Both the position numbers and the translations under genes were made by a program. This document shows positions 8,746 through 19,700 of a DNA stretch of 64,000 bases, piece by piece. Within the stretch, counting starts at the first letter, position 1. Every line of letters begins with the position of its first letter. The notes under the pieces are model-generated. The model was not told the DNA's origin. It made no database searches and saw only the letters and a program-made list of their open reading frames with translations. The DNA is taken from assembly GCA_039815185.1 (NCBI GenBank), contig JBCBZT010000032.1, positions 1 through 64,000 of the forward strand, given 5' to 3'. The stretch is from Cyanobacteria bacterium P01_A01_bin.123. GTDB taxonomy: Bacteria > Cyanobacteriota > Cyanobacteriia > Phormidesmidales > Phormidesmidaceae.

Positions 8746-10072
8746 GGGGGGTTGTCGCTCCCGCAGTGTCCGCCAACCATTGGCCCAGCAGTCGTCGCTG
8801 CCAGGCATAGTGCAACAGGTTAATGCCCAGTTCTTGCAGATTGCGAATCTGCTCGCGAGGCAAATCGTCAGTCATCTCATCGCCCCAAGTGGCTGAGAGA
8901 TCACCAATGACCAGCACAATACCGTCCCAGGCCAAGATTTCCAGGGGGGTGTCGTTGAGTTTAGGGAATTGACCAAATCTAAAGGGCTTTCGTCGTAGGG
9001 GATGGCGGGTATCCAGATGGCCATCCCCTGAAATTGGAGTTTGGGTCCGTTCTGCGATCGCGATGATAGCCGCCAGCATTTCTGCGATCGATTCATCCAT
9101 GCTGTTTTCCAGCTCTGCCAACTCGGTCATCAGCTCGGCCTGCAAATCTGCCATTTGGGGATTGTCTGCCATGGCTGCGATCGCGGTTTGGATTTCCCGT
9201 TTCACTTTAGTCAAATCACTCAAATTCGTCTCCTGAGGCGGCGTTTCCACCCAAAGTACGCCGCCATTCTTCAGGTGTTGGCTCAACCTGGGCAGGGCTA
9301 GCTCAGAGAGTGACAGCAGTTGGTGATAGGTCATATGCAGCAGATCGAAAGATGCAGACGTTTCCAGCGGCATCTGTGTCAAATCCACCTGCTCCACCCC
9401 CGCTGTTTGCAGCTTGGGATATAGGCCGTCTAGGGCATCCATTAGCCCAGTTAAATTCGCCACAGTTTTTTCCGCATTGGCCCCGTCATGGCTGACCCCG
9501 ACTCGCAAACTCCCCTGAGATCGAGCCTGAGCTAAGCAGCGATAGCGCAAATCAATTTCCCCCGCTTTGGGGGCTAACCAGTGAGTGGGTACCTGCAATG
9601 ACACCTGCCCCACAGGCAGCAACAGTCGACACAGTTCAATATCGAGCGGCCCTGGTGGGGTTGTTTGTTCGGTGACCCGAAAGGTTTCATGCACCACCGC
9701 CTGGGAGGCGGGTAACTGCAGCCGATCCGGATCCACATAGCTCAGCACTAAGTAAACCAACCGAGGCGTCTCCAAAGCTTCGGCTGTGATTCGATAGTCC
9801 ACCGCCTGGGGCACCACAATCGGATTGCCCACTTGGTCAATGGCCAATCCCGGTTGAATCCGCAGCCAGCGGTGATCTCGGTATTTCGGCACTACCGTCG
9901 TTGATGCCTGCACCGGACACACGCCCAATCCAGAGACAATCCCGGGCTGGCTGAGCGCCTGGTAGTAGAGATTTTGCCGCTGACGATGGTAGCTGTGGGC
10001 CAGCTGCCAATATTCTGCGTTGAGCAGGAGGCCGTCGGTGACTTGGAGACGTTGGAGGGGGGTGATGTGCAT
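8738..10072 (-). CDS. CIS baseplate-associated/tail-fibre-like protein with DUF4159-like C-terminus
   Basis: N-terminal DGLLLNAEYW..AHSYHRQRQ...PGIVSGLGV...IQPGLAIDQVGNPIVV, typical of eCIS Afp13-like heads; in the baseplate operon. Confidence 0.75.
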   Translation of the reverse strand: MHITPLQRLQVTDGLLLNAEYWQLAHSYHRQRQNLYYQALSQPGIVSGLGVCPVQASTTVVPKYRDHRWLRIQPGLAIDQVGNPIVVPQAVDYRITAEALETPRLVYLVLSYVDPDRLQLPASQAVVHETFRVTEQTTPPGPLDIELCRLLLPVGQVSLQVPTHWLAPKAGEIDLRYRCLAQARSQGSLRVGVSHDGANAEKTVANLTGLMDALDGLYPKLQTAGVEQVDLTQMPLETSASFDLLHMTYHQLLSLSELALPRLSQHLKNGGVLWVETPPQETNLSDLTKVKREIQTAIAAMADNPQMADLQAELMTELAELENSMDESIAEMLAAIIAIAERTQTPISGDGHLDTRHPLRRKPFRFGQFPKLNDTPLEILAWDGIVLVIGDLSATWGDEMTDDLPREQIRNLQELGINLLHYAWQRRLLGQWLADTAGATTPHG

Positions 10073-10075
10073 GGG

Positions 10076-10124
10076 GTGAAGGGAGCGGGGGTGGGGGGAG
10101 CAGGGGGAGTGGGGGAGTCTGGGG
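10076..10124 (+). repeat. G-rich low-complexity intergenic tract
   Basis: Multiple G4-G6 runs between two operon genes. Confidence 0.6.
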
Positions 10125-10152
10125 ATGCAAAATCATGACGATTCCCTTGCCA

Positions 10153-11256
10153 TCAGCGACTCACCCCAACGCTTGGCCCTGGTGGCGATCGCTCAATGTG
10201 CAAATCATAGGCGCAAAACGCGGGCTTCTCCTGGCGCAGGAGGGTGTGGATGAGGGTCTCGTCGATCCTGTGGTGGGGTTCGGGGCGGAGGGTGACGGTG
10301 AAGTGGAAGGGGCGGCTACCGCCGAGGTGGGTGTCTTGGCCCAAGTGGGCGCGGCCCACGACGAAGCCTTGGCTGTGGCTGTCGATGATACTGATGTGTT
10401 TGTCGGTTTCGCGGTCGAGGTGTTCGTCTAGGGGGAGGCCGGTGGCCAGGTGGAGATAAAAGCGTAAGCCACGTCGGGTGCCGCGCCAGCGGTAGATTTG
10501 TAGGGCGTGGCGGATGAGAAAGCGCTGGCGATGTTCGTCGATCGGGGTTTGGAATGACCAGCCGACCCAGTGGGCTAAAAAGGGCAGCAGGTCTGCCGGA
10601 GCGGTCAGGGGGTCGAGATAGGCCCAGAGATTTTCTAAGGTGTTAACGCTGGGTTCAAAGGCCTGCTCGAAAATGTTGAGCAACCGCCCGATGAAGTCTA
10701 CGTCGCGGTAGATGTCGGGCAAAAAGTTGAGGTAGAGGCTGTCGGGGCGAATCCACAGGCTGAAGGGGCGCTGTTCGTTGATTTGCTCTCCGGTGGCAGG
10801 TAGGGTGGCGGTGACGGTGAGTTGCCCAGTGTAGTTGAGTCTGAGGGGCAGATCGACGGTGTGCTGTTCAAAAAAATCTGAATCGATCGCGAAGTAGAGC
10901 ACCCCATCCATTTGGTGCTGGGGTAACAAGTCGAGTCCTTCGGTGCCAATTCGACACCACTGCAGCGGAAAATCCCCGTCCACCTGAAACTGCAAACTCA
11001 TCAGGTAGGGGCTGAGGTTTTGCACCTGCATCACCAATTCACTGGGTTCTCCTGGATGCAGCAGCACGCCAGTCTGGGGCTGGCTAGATACCGCTTGGCC
11101 CACTGAGCGTTGAGTGTCCCCAAAAAGGCTTGTGCTAATCGCGGTGCCCAACCCTTGATCGAGGGCGCTACTGGGAACTGCCGCTGGCACCTGCATTGGC
11201 GTCAGTTGCAGTCGTAATCGCGCCCTAAATCGTTCTTGGGTCAAGCCTTGGGTCAT
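10153..11256 (-). CDS. Phage tail protein I-like (P2 gpI) baseplate wedge protein of the CIS
   Basis: YLNFLPDIYR...YLDPLTAPADLLPFLAHWVGW...IYRWRGTRRGL...EKPAF. Confidence 0.88.
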   Translation of the reverse strand: MTQGLTQERFRARLRLQLTPMQVPAAVPSSALDQGLGTAISTSLFGDTQRSVGQAVSSQPQTGVLLHPGEPSELVMQVQNLSPYLMSLQFQVDGDFPLQWCRIGTEGLDLLPQHQMDGVLYFAIDSDFFEQHTVDLPLRLNYTGQLTVTATLPATGEQINEQRPFSLWIRPDSLYLNFLPDIYRDVDFIGRLLNIFEQAFEPSVNTLENLWAYLDPLTAPADLLPFLAHWVGWSFQTPIDEHRQRFLIRHALQIYRWRGTRRGLRFYLHLATGLPLDEHLDRETDKHISIIDSHSQGFVVGRAHLGQDTHLGGSRPFHFTVTLRPEPHHRIDETLIHTLLRQEKPAFCAYDLHIERSPPGPSVGVSR

Positions 11257-11264
11257 CGCGTTTC

Positions 11265-13451
11265 CTAGGTCACCAGGCTAATAGTATGGGCTGAACGCAA
11301 CTGACGATCTTGCCAAGAGCAAATCAGCCCCTGCGGCCCTGGCACGACTTGATTTTCAGGGGCGGGGAAGCGCACCCACTCACTCTCTTTTAGGCGTAGC
11401 TCAAACAGCAGCACTGTGCCCAGGTAGCGTACCCCCGGCATGCCTTGAATCAGGGAAATAATGTCAGAGGGATAGACTGGGGTGCCAAAGGGCCAGCCCA
11501 TGCCATCCCGGCCCCCAGTCAGGGGGTTGAGGAAACGATAAAGCGCCACGTCAAGCTGTTGCAGAATGGCTTGTTGGGCTTGGGGGGTGTTGTACTGTGG
11601 TTCAATCCCGACTTCGGTTTGCACCGAGACGCCCACGTAAGTGGGGGTTTTGATATTGACCTGCACCCCCAGCAACCGGCGTTCGTTGAGATAATCGATC
11701 ACCTGCTGCCGCAGTTGGGGACTGAGTTCAAACTGCGTGGGATGAATACCCAACCCCCGCTCGATGCTGTCGGTGTTGGTTTGGGGCACGACGATCACGC
11801 TGACCTGGCCGGGTTCATCCCCTGCGGTGGGGCAAAGACTACGTGCGATCGCCCCCCGCCCCGCCTGACGAGCCAACACTTCAAAGTCTTCAGGGGTAAC
11901 GGCGCGATCGCGGGTGCGCAGCAATTTCGGCACCCGTAGTACAGCATCGTCTAGGGATTCTGCATCGGCACCGTTGCGGGCGGGCGTGTGGTTAGTGACT
12001 GCGGCCACATAGGGGACTGCCGATTTGACGATGCGTAGGGTATGGGGTTGTACGTTGCCTTTGCGTCCGCCCCCAGTGCGATAGGCCACCATCTGTAGGG
12101 TTGACCCTTTGGGGGGAACTGCACCATACTGTCTTTCCATCAAACTCGTGATGGTTTCAGCTTGGCCTTGTAGGAGGGACTGACCCTGGGTTTGCAAGCG
12201 CGATCGCAGCATTGTCACCTCCCGTGCCTGTCCCGGTTCTCGCACCAGGGGGCCAAACTGAATCGTGCCGCTGAGGGAATCCAACACATAATGACGAGAC
12301 TCAGCCGTGGAGTCGGCAAAATCTTCCACCTCTTGCCATCGCTGGGGCACCCCGTCTGGCGGAATTACCCGCAAATATTCTTCGTCGTGGCATGGCAATA
12401 TCGGCGCACTCTGAAACTGAAACCGCTGCCCTGGTAGGCCATCGCTTTCGCCTAAGGTTTCGTTCTCAATTCGGGCACACTGGCTGGCATAGATGGTGCC
12501 ACCAATCGATCGCACGTCGGCACTAATCAACAATGGAGAACTGCTATAGCCTGACTGAACCCCCACGGGTTCAGTGCAAACACAGCGAATCCAGTAACCT
12601 TGGTAAGTTGCAAAGTGAGTGACGGGGAAGTTTTGGGGCAAATGCATCACCACATCTGCCGCCTGGACTTCTGCCGTGCCGTCACCAATTTCGTGGAAGC
12701 TAAAGCCTCGGGTTTGGTCATCTCCCTCTTGCAACAATACAGGTACCCAGTCTTGACCGTTCCAAGCTTCCCAACGGCGCGGGGGGTAGTTGGGATTGAT
12801 GCCTGTGGCAGTCGCGGTCTCTCCAGCCAATGTGAGCGCAATCACGTTGCCCGCAATTGGCTGATCAGGATCGAAGACGACATAAAAGCAGTTGCCGGGG
12901 CGGGGGCGATCGCTAAAAATGATTTCCTCTCGCCCTTCCCAACGTCCGCTAGATTGCCGAGTCCAGCGGTTGGCAAAGCGATCGCGCAGCACCGTAGGGA
13001 TGCTTTCTGCAACTTCGGCGGTGAGCAAGTGGCGAATTTCCGGCAGGCCGATGGTCAGGGTGCGATCGGTGCTGAAGATAATTGCCTCCTCAGTCTCAGT
13101 TCGTTCTGTCGCCACCTCTACCCCAGCTTGAATTTGGTACACGGCGGGCAAGCTCGCTGACAGATAAAAAGTCACCGCTGTCCGCGCTGGGGCCGGGGGC
13201 TGGAGCCGAATCCCCAGCACTTCCAAAAAAGCCACGTAGTTGCGCCGGGGCACTTGGTTAAACCGCAGCAGCATCTGATCGGTCAACCAAGAAAACAGCT
13301 CGATCAGCGTCACCCCTGGATCGCTGGGATTATAGTTTGTCCATTCTGGGCAATAGCGGGGAATGCGCAGCAAGCATTCATCCACCAGCTCTTGGAAGGT
13401 GCGATCGTCGAGATCAGACTTAGGCAGTTTGGGCAAAAAGTCAAAGTCCAC
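11265..13451 (-). CDS. Baseplate J/gp6-like assembly protein of the CIS
   Basis: LDDRTFQELVDE...PEWTNYNPSDPGVTLIELF; YRTGGGRKGNV; GADAES...RAVTPEDFEVLA. Confidence 0.93.
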   Translation of the reverse strand: MDFDFLPKLPKSDLDDRTFQELVDECLLRIPRYCPEWTNYNPSDPGVTLIELFSWLTDQMLLRFNQVPRRNYVAFLEVLGIRLQPPAPARTAVTFYLSASLPAVYQIQAGVEVATERTETEEAIIFSTDRTLTIGLPEIRHLLTAEVAESIPTVLRDRFANRWTRQSSGRWEGREEIIFSDRPRPGNCFYVVFDPDQPIAGNVIALTLAGETATATGINPNYPPRRWEAWNGQDWVPVLLQEGDDQTRGFSFHEIGDGTAEVQAADVVMHLPQNFPVTHFATYQGYWIRCVCTEPVGVQSGYSSSPLLISADVRSIGGTIYASQCARIENETLGESDGLPGQRFQFQSAPILPCHDEEYLRVIPPDGVPQRWQEVEDFADSTAESRHYVLDSLSGTIQFGPLVREPGQAREVTMLRSRLQTQGQSLLQGQAETITSLMERQYGAVPPKGSTLQMVAYRTGGGRKGNVQPHTLRIVKSAVPYVAAVTNHTPARNGADAESLDDAVLRVPKLLRTRDRAVTPEDFEVLARQAGRGAIARSLCPTAGDEPGQVSVIVVPQTNTDSIERGLGIHPTQFELSPQLRQQVIDYLNERRLLGVQVNIKTPTYVGVSVQTEVGIEPQYNTPQAQQAILQQLDVALYRFLNPLTGGRDGMGWPFGTPVYPSDIISLIQGMPGVRYLGTVLLFELRLKESEWVRFPAPENQVVPGPQGLICSWQDRQLRSAHTISLVT

Positions 13452-13454
13452 GAT

Positions 13455-13880
13455 CTACTCCTCTGTCGGCAACAAATAGAAGGGATAGACCAGGCTACGG
13501 CGATCATGGGTGTCTTTGGGATGATAGTGGATAGTGATATCCACCCGACCCCGTTCTGGTTCGGGCTGGGTCACCACCTGATCGACCACAATGCGCGGTT
13601 CCCATTGGGCGAGGGCAGATTCTACATAGAGCCGGATCATTAACAGCGTATTAGGATTCATCGGGGCAAAGGTCAACTCCGACAACCGACAGCCAAAATT
13701 GGGGCGATAGACCCGTTCTCCCGGTTTGGTGCTAAGGATGATGCGAATCGATTCGGCCAAGTTTTGACGGGCACTGCTGAGTTGCACCCCCCCTTGCACA
13801 CTCATCCGCATTGGAAAGGCCACCCCGGTTCCCAATTGAGCATTTAGGTGGGCATTGGCCTGGGTCGGTTGTTCCAGCAT
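13455..13880 (-). CDS. GPW/gp25 family baseplate protein
   Basis: SIRIILSTKPGERVYRPNFGCRL...WEPRI...LVYPFYL. Confidence 0.95.
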   Translation of the reverse strand: MLEQPTQANAHLNAQLGTGVAFPMRMSVQGGVQLSSARQNLAESIRIILSTKPGERVYRPNFGCRLSELTFAPMNPNTLLMIRLYVESALAQWEPRIVVDQVVTQPEPERGRVDITIHYHPKDTHDRRSLVYPFYLLPTEE

Positions 13881-14040
13881 AACGCCCTCATGGTCGTGAT
13901 GCCGTCACCATAGCCAGCTCTTGGGGGTTGAACTATTCGACAAAGGTCGAATCTATGGCTAATCCCATTCAGGTTAGGATCTGTAGCATTTTTCTCTTGA
14001 TGATTTAAGTACATCCTTGAAGTGGCCAACACCAAAGACA

Positions 14041-14814
14041 ATGCCTCCCCAGCCAATCACTTTTTCCATTGAATACCTTGACACCCTCAGGGCATTGCCA
14101 GAGATTCAAACTTACAAACAAGTGTCTTACGAGCAACTGGCAATTAAACGAGGACACAAAATTTTAGAAGTGGGGTGTGCAACCGGAGAAGACGTCAGAA
14201 CTTTAGCTGCTAAGGTGGGCGCAAAAGGCCGAGTTGTCGGGGTTGACATCAGTGAAGCAATGCTTGAAGAAGCCCAAAATCGCACTCAAGAAGCTTCATT
14301 ACCGATCGAGTTTCATCAAGGGAGCGCTGAAGTTTTAACGTTTGATGACTGTAGCTTTCATGGTTGTCGAGCTGAGCGATTACTGCACCTACTAAACGAT
14401 CCGTTGCAAGCACTTAAAGAAATGGCCCGTGTGGTTCGTCCAGGGGGACGTGTTGTGGTGGGTGAACCAGACTGGGCAACTTTAGTGCTTTACCCCGCTG
14501 GCCCTTCTACCGATATATCAATCTTTGAATTTGATGATAGTGCAACGATGGGCCGCCGACTGACCAGTCTTTTTCAACAAGCAGGTTTACAAATTCTCAA
14601 AATTGTTCCGGTGACTTGTGTGATCACCGATTTTGTTTTAGCCAATCAAGCGTTTCACCTCAAATCTCAGATTCTGATGGCAGTGGAGCGGGAAAAGATT
14701 TCCAATTCTTTGGCGTTGGAGTGGTTGATTGAGCTTGCGGAAAGTACCCAGAAAGGAGAGTTTTTCTCAGCGCTAACTGGCTTTATTGTCTGTGGGCAAA
14801 AACCTTCAGAATAA
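14041..14814 (+). CDS. Class I SAM-dependent methyltransferase (UbiE-like)
   Basis: ILEVGCATG; VVGVDISEAML; EMARVVRPGG. Confidence 0.9.
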   Translation: MPPQPITFSIEYLDTLRALPEIQTYKQVSYEQLAIKRGHKILEVGCATGEDVRTLAAKVGAKGRVVGVDISEAMLEEAQNRTQEASLPIEFHQGSAEVLTFDDCSFHGCRAERLLHLLNDPLQALKEMARVVRPGGRVVVGEPDWATLVLYPAGPSTDISIFEFDDSATMGRRLTSLFQQAGLQILKIVPVTCVITDFVLANQAFHLKSQILMAVEREKISNSLALEWLIELAESTQKGEFFSALTGFIVCGQKPSE

Positions 14815-14835
14815 ATTGAGTAATATTACTAGATT

Positions 14836-16644
14836 CTAGAGATATCGGTTCTTGAGGTCACGAACAATGGAGATATAATTCTGCATGGCCGCTTCATTTT
14901 TGCCTGCCTTGACGAGATTAACAGACTTAACAACTTGGTCATAAAGTTCAACAAAAATTCGCTTGCCATCGGGTAGCTTACTAATACGATCGACAATCTC
15001 TGGTGCAATCTTGTAATACTCAGAAATCATGTCTGAGCCATGACTAACCGAGTACATATAGTTGTCTCGGAATTGCCGCAGAATAGTCAGCTCTTCGCAG
15101 TCATCTGCTAGTCCCTTAGCTTTGACACAAGCGGTTGTAATGAAGCAACCTCCCTTCTTCTTCTTCTTCGCATTAGGGTCATACAGTTTTAACATTTCCT
15201 GTTTGTCTTCCTCGGCTGCCCCTTTTGCTGTGTCTAAATCCAATGTGTACCTATTACCAAGTTTTGAGGTCACATTCCTGTAAGTGTAGACTCGCCCACC
15301 GCCAAGCCCAGCATACTCCTTATAATCGATACCGTCTTCTTTCCCTTCGTTGCCTGTCGCATCAAGCCAACCACTCTGATCAACAGTTGCCCCTTTGAAC
15401 AACATGTCCCGATCGCGATCTGGACCAACAACCCAAGTATGAGAAGTAAACGCCCAGTGTGCCCCATCTACACCGTTATCATTGACATTACCTGTAGCAC
15501 CTCCCTTATCTAGAACTGCACCGCCACCTGCGATACCAAAATTACCCTTGGTTTCGGTACTAATTCCACTAACGCCGAAGTAGCCCTTGGCAATCATTTC
15601 AAAACTTTTAGAGAGGGTACTGCAATCACCACTGAGCATGCTGCCCTTAAGGAAGTCCTGTGGTGTTGTAGGTGTCATGTCATAAGTAAATTTACTTTTA
15701 CTAAGATCCTTATAATTATTAACCAAGTCATCTAAGACTTGAGTTTCGTTAGTGCTAGTTACATCTATGCCTTGAACTAGATCTCCAGCGTGAGGGTATG
15801 TTTCTAGAAATGTATCTCTAGCTGTTTGTGACAAGGGGTTAATTGCCCGTTGAATAACTCCTTGCGTAGATTTTTCTCCAACACTAGCTAATTGATTTTC
15901 TTGATTTTGTAAAGCATCTGATCTTTGTATAGCAGATCCATTCTGCTGCACTACATGCGTTAATTCATGGGCAATTAATTCCTGTCCGCTTTGACTGCCA
16001 GGGTTGTATTCCCCTTTTCTAAAGAAAACATCTTCTCCAGTTGTAAACGCTTTTGCCTGAATCGATCGGTTCAATTCATCTGCTTGAGCATCTGTATGCA
16101 CCTTCACGCCACTAAAATCTGCTCCCATCGACTGCCCCATCGACTGTTGCAGATTTGGATCTAAAGCTTGCCCACTTCCCTTAGCGCGATTAATAGATGA
16201 TTCCAACTCTGAGGATGCATCACCCCCACCCAGCACAGCTTGTCGTCGCAGCATAGGTTTCATCTGCAACTCATCTTCGTCAGTGTGTCGCTGCACAGTT
16301 TCATCTTGCGGTGCAGGTTCAGACTGGGGAGAATTAATACGTTGTACGACGTTTTGAGCCACGCGATCGGCTTCTTGTTCGTATTTGTCGTCGGGTTTGC
16401 CAATGGTCAGCTTGGCCTGTAACGGTTGTCCCAATGCTGGAACCGACGAGTCACCCCCGGTCAAGGACTTAGCAGTCGTCAGATCAAACCCCTTAGATGT
16501 AGATTCAGACTCGGCTTGAGATTGAGGCGTCTGCTGCTCTGATGCTTGACTCTCAGCTTGTAAAGGGCGGGTCTGCAAAAGCTTTGAAGCTGAAACAGTA
16601 GAAGCATTTTGGGTAAATTTACTGGCTTGCTGCTGCTTTCCCAT
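14836..16644 (-). CDS. DUF4157 (eCIS core) protein with transglutaminase-like domain and C-terminal CFI-box-CTERM; putative CIS effector
   Basis: LQAKLTIG..DDKYEQEAD; ADFSGVKVHTD...AKAFTTG...ELIAHELTHVVQQ; GDCSTL...SHTWV...D; KKKKKGGCFITTAC...LRQFRD...YYKIAP. Confidence 0.88.
   Translation of the reverse strand: MGKQQQASKFTQNASTVSASKLLQTRPLQAESQASEQQTPQSQAESESTSKGFDLTTAKSLTGGDSSVPALGQPLQAKLTIGKPDDKYEQEADRVAQNVVQRINSPQSEPAPQDETVQRHTDEDELQMKPMLRRQAVLGGGDASSELESSINRAKGSGQALDPNLQQSMGQSMGADFSGVKVHTDAQADELNRSIQAKAFTTGEDVFFRKGEYNPGSQSGQELIAHELTHVVQQNGSAIQRSDALQNQENQLASVGEKSTQGVIQRAINPLSQTARDTFLETYPHAGDLVQGIDVTSTNETQVLDDLVNNYKDLSKSKFTYDMTPTTPQDFLKGSMLSGDCSTLSKSFEMIAKGYFGVSGISTETKGNFGIAGGGAVLDKGGATGNVNDNGVDGAHWAFTSHTWVVGPDRDRDMLFKGATVDQSGWLDATGNEGKEDGIDYKEYAGLGGGRVYTYRNVTSKLGNRYTLDLDTAKGAAEEDKQEMLKLYDPNAKKKKKGGCFITTACVKAKGLADDCEELTILRQFRDNYMYSVSHGSDMISEYYKIAPEIVDRISKLPDGKRIFVELYDQVVKSVNLVKAGKNEAAMQNYISIVRDLKNRYL
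15944..16644 (-). repeat. Copy 1 of ~700-bp duplicated leader+DUF4157 module
   Basis: Colinear and highly similar to 20498-21198 (offset 4554). Confidence 0.92.
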
Positions 16645-16794
16645 GGCTTGGCCTATAGAATTTAGGTCAGATAGAGTGTTATGCCATGGTACGTCGCAGC
16701 AAAGAAGCTGTCTATTAGAGCTTTGTCTAATAGCGTGCTCTTGCTAATCTGACATGTCCTTAGACAATAGGAACAAGCTTACTGATGTATGTCA

Positions 16795-19700
16795 CTATCC
16801 CTTCAACTGCCAGAATTTTTTATCTAAGTGTTCTGCCGTTAGCTTTGTCAACACCTCCCAGATAGTGACATAGTGCATTCCCATGACTTCAAACCCACCC
16901 GTCATAATGCTTGTACTTTTAGCCCCTTGCGCCAGGGTAAAGTCAGGTGCATTGAGATTCGTATCTTCTAAAAGTTTTGCAAAGGCAGAGTATTTCTCCT
17001 CCTGTGCCCCAAAACCTGTGCCAGCCCCCGTCAAGTGATCTGTTGGGGTATTGGGTGGCAGGAGTCCATCGCTGATCATCTTTTTAACCATATCCGTCGA
17101 TGCAACCGGGTTGTATTCATCAACCAAACCCATCATGTGGCCAATTTCATGGGCTGCAGAAATCCGGCTCCAGTTTTCATCATATTTTTTCATCGTTGCT
17201 GGGTCGTTGGGATTGGTTAATTCAACCCCGTTAACTGTTTTATCTGTCGCTCCTTTTTTGAAGCTGTAGCCATCGCCAACATCTTTTAATTTGTTACTTA
17301 GATAATGAATTATGTGAGACGCTCGACCGTCACCCAAATTTCCAGTTTCATCAGGGGCAGTACCCCCTTCTGCTGTAAGTTTGTGAAGGCTGCTGAAGGA
17401 ACTAAATTTGGTCTGCCGCTCTAGTTCTTCTGCTAAGTTTGATAACTGCTTCGGGGTTTTAGGTTTAGAGCTGCTGTCTTTTTCAAACTCAATATTTCCT
17501 GTGTCTTCTAGTACTTTTTCAATTCTGGTACGATCTAGCTTGTAGCTTTTATCCACATTCTGTTTTTTCTCAGCAGCGTGGAGCCATGTGTGAATTGTGG
17601 GATCACTAATTTTATCAAGCACATCCCACTGCTGAATGTTAGCTTTGTAGTTATTGGTATCAACAAAGCTGCGCTCCTGGCCTCTACCTGACTGAAGCTT
17701 GTCTGTGCCCCTTTGGTCAACCAGCGTTGCTTTGTTAGCCTGCACGAGGAAATGTTCTTGGCCGGGTACAACTTCTACTATTTCCAGATTTGTTTTCACG
17801 GTAGGAACCTCATCCCACCCGGGCCTGATACAGTTGATATCAAACTTTTGACTCCAAATCGTTTCGCCAACTGTCTTCAGCTTTTTGACCCAGTCTTTCT
17901 TAGTCTGTGTTTCCCAGGTGGTTTTATCCCATTCCCCTGTCGCGTTAACAGATTTTTGTAAAGAGGCAGTATACTCCTTAAAGTCGAATGCTAGCTTCAG
18001 TATGATTTTTAATGCACCCGTTTTAGGATCATATTCTGCATCAAAGCGCCCTATTTTAGTCGAAGGCTCATGATTTGAAACCTTGAATAAACCATGGTTC
18101 AAAAAGTCTGTTTGGGCTTGCTTATTCCCTTCGCTATTGGGATTAGGGACAGCCTTATTAATTTCATCTGTTTTTAACTGAGTTAGAACAGCTTGCAGTT
18201 TCTTCTCACCAAAAACGGCTCGATAGGCTGGTTTAATCAGATACTCTACATCACCATAGTCGTCAAAAAGCTTTTGCAGAACTCCTTTAGCGTCACCGTC
18301 TTTGTTCAAGGTTTTAAGCAGGGCATCATAAACCACCTGTCCAAATTTCTTAGGGGTATGAATAATATTGTAGTTTTCTTCGATTTCTGCGCCCTTACCT
18401 TGATGGGTTTTGATGAGATTGAGTAGGGCAGTAGCATGGGCAACATCATCACTCACGTCTAAGCTAGCAACAGCAGCTCCCAGTCCCGTCTGCTTACGCC
18501 AGGCTAATTCAACTGCTGTTAACTCAGGTTCACCAAACTTCTCTTTGTAAGCTGCATTGAGGCACCACCTCCTTAACTGTTTGTTGTCTGGCAAACCATC
18601 ACGAATTTGCTTGTAGACCTTTGCTTGTTTACCTTTTGACTCAAATACTTCCTTGAGATAATCTTTCAAATGATTATGAAACTGTTTGCCCGTCCGTAGG
18701 TCATATTCGCTTCGAGTACGTTTCAACTGGCCATGATTATCGCGCACGTATTCATATAGCGCTTTTTTCGATTTGAATGCTTCTACCATTTCATCAGGTA
18801 GGGCTGTGGCTTGGGGAACGATGCCTTCAAGCGGGATTTGAGCAAAAGAGCGGACATTAAATGTCGTACCGCCCTTTGAAACCAATGGCGTTGTGACATT
18901 GTTGGTGTAGTACATTTCCTTGAGCTTGCCACCGTTGACAATTGCGACTAAAAGCCCGCCACCTACACGATATTCATAGTATTTCCATCCGGATTGAGGG
19001 TAGGGCAACAAATACCAACCCGCAATCTCATAATTTTTCATATCTTTGGGATTTCCCCGGCTTAAGTCTTTGTAAGCCAGTTCAGAGCCCCCTGCTTTTT
19101 CTTGAATAAAGTCTTTTTCTATGAAGTTAAATTCCTTTGCTTCATTGTTATTGATTTTGGTGATGAATGCTGGAATGGCATCCCTTGCGCCACTCGGGAC
19201 ATCTGTCTTGAAACTTTCCCCATCTATCCCATGTTCGCCAATCCGCTCATCTTCATCGTCCATAGCGGTCCAGCTTTGATTGACTGCGGAGGTATAGGAA
19301 CCAATTTTATTACCCTTGGAATCGGTGTAGGTTCGGACTGCTGCTTTTGCTGTGCCTTCTAGTTCTACAAGTTGACGTGCAAATATCTCATGTTTTGTGC
19401 CGTAGGCATCTTTGAAGACAATTCGGAATTTGAGAGACCGTTTGGCATAGCGATTTGCTTCGCCCCAGACCGCAGGACAGTCATAAATGCCTAGCGTCTT
19501 TTTCCCATTTAAGGTGCCTCCTTTGGCAGCATCAACCCCTTTTGTCCAAGTCATTTCAATGGGTGCTGAAGTTTTATCAAAGGTTGACGCTTTGGGTTGC
19601 ATAGCGTAAACATCATTCCACTGTTTATGCCGTTTACCTTCTCCAGATAACTTTTTCCCTGCGACTTGAGAGCCATTGGTTTCTTTGAAGTCATAGGGCA

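Noticed and set aside
9837..10136. Pro-rich 99-aa ORF
   Set aside because: Artefact of the G-rich intergenic tract overlapping a real gene
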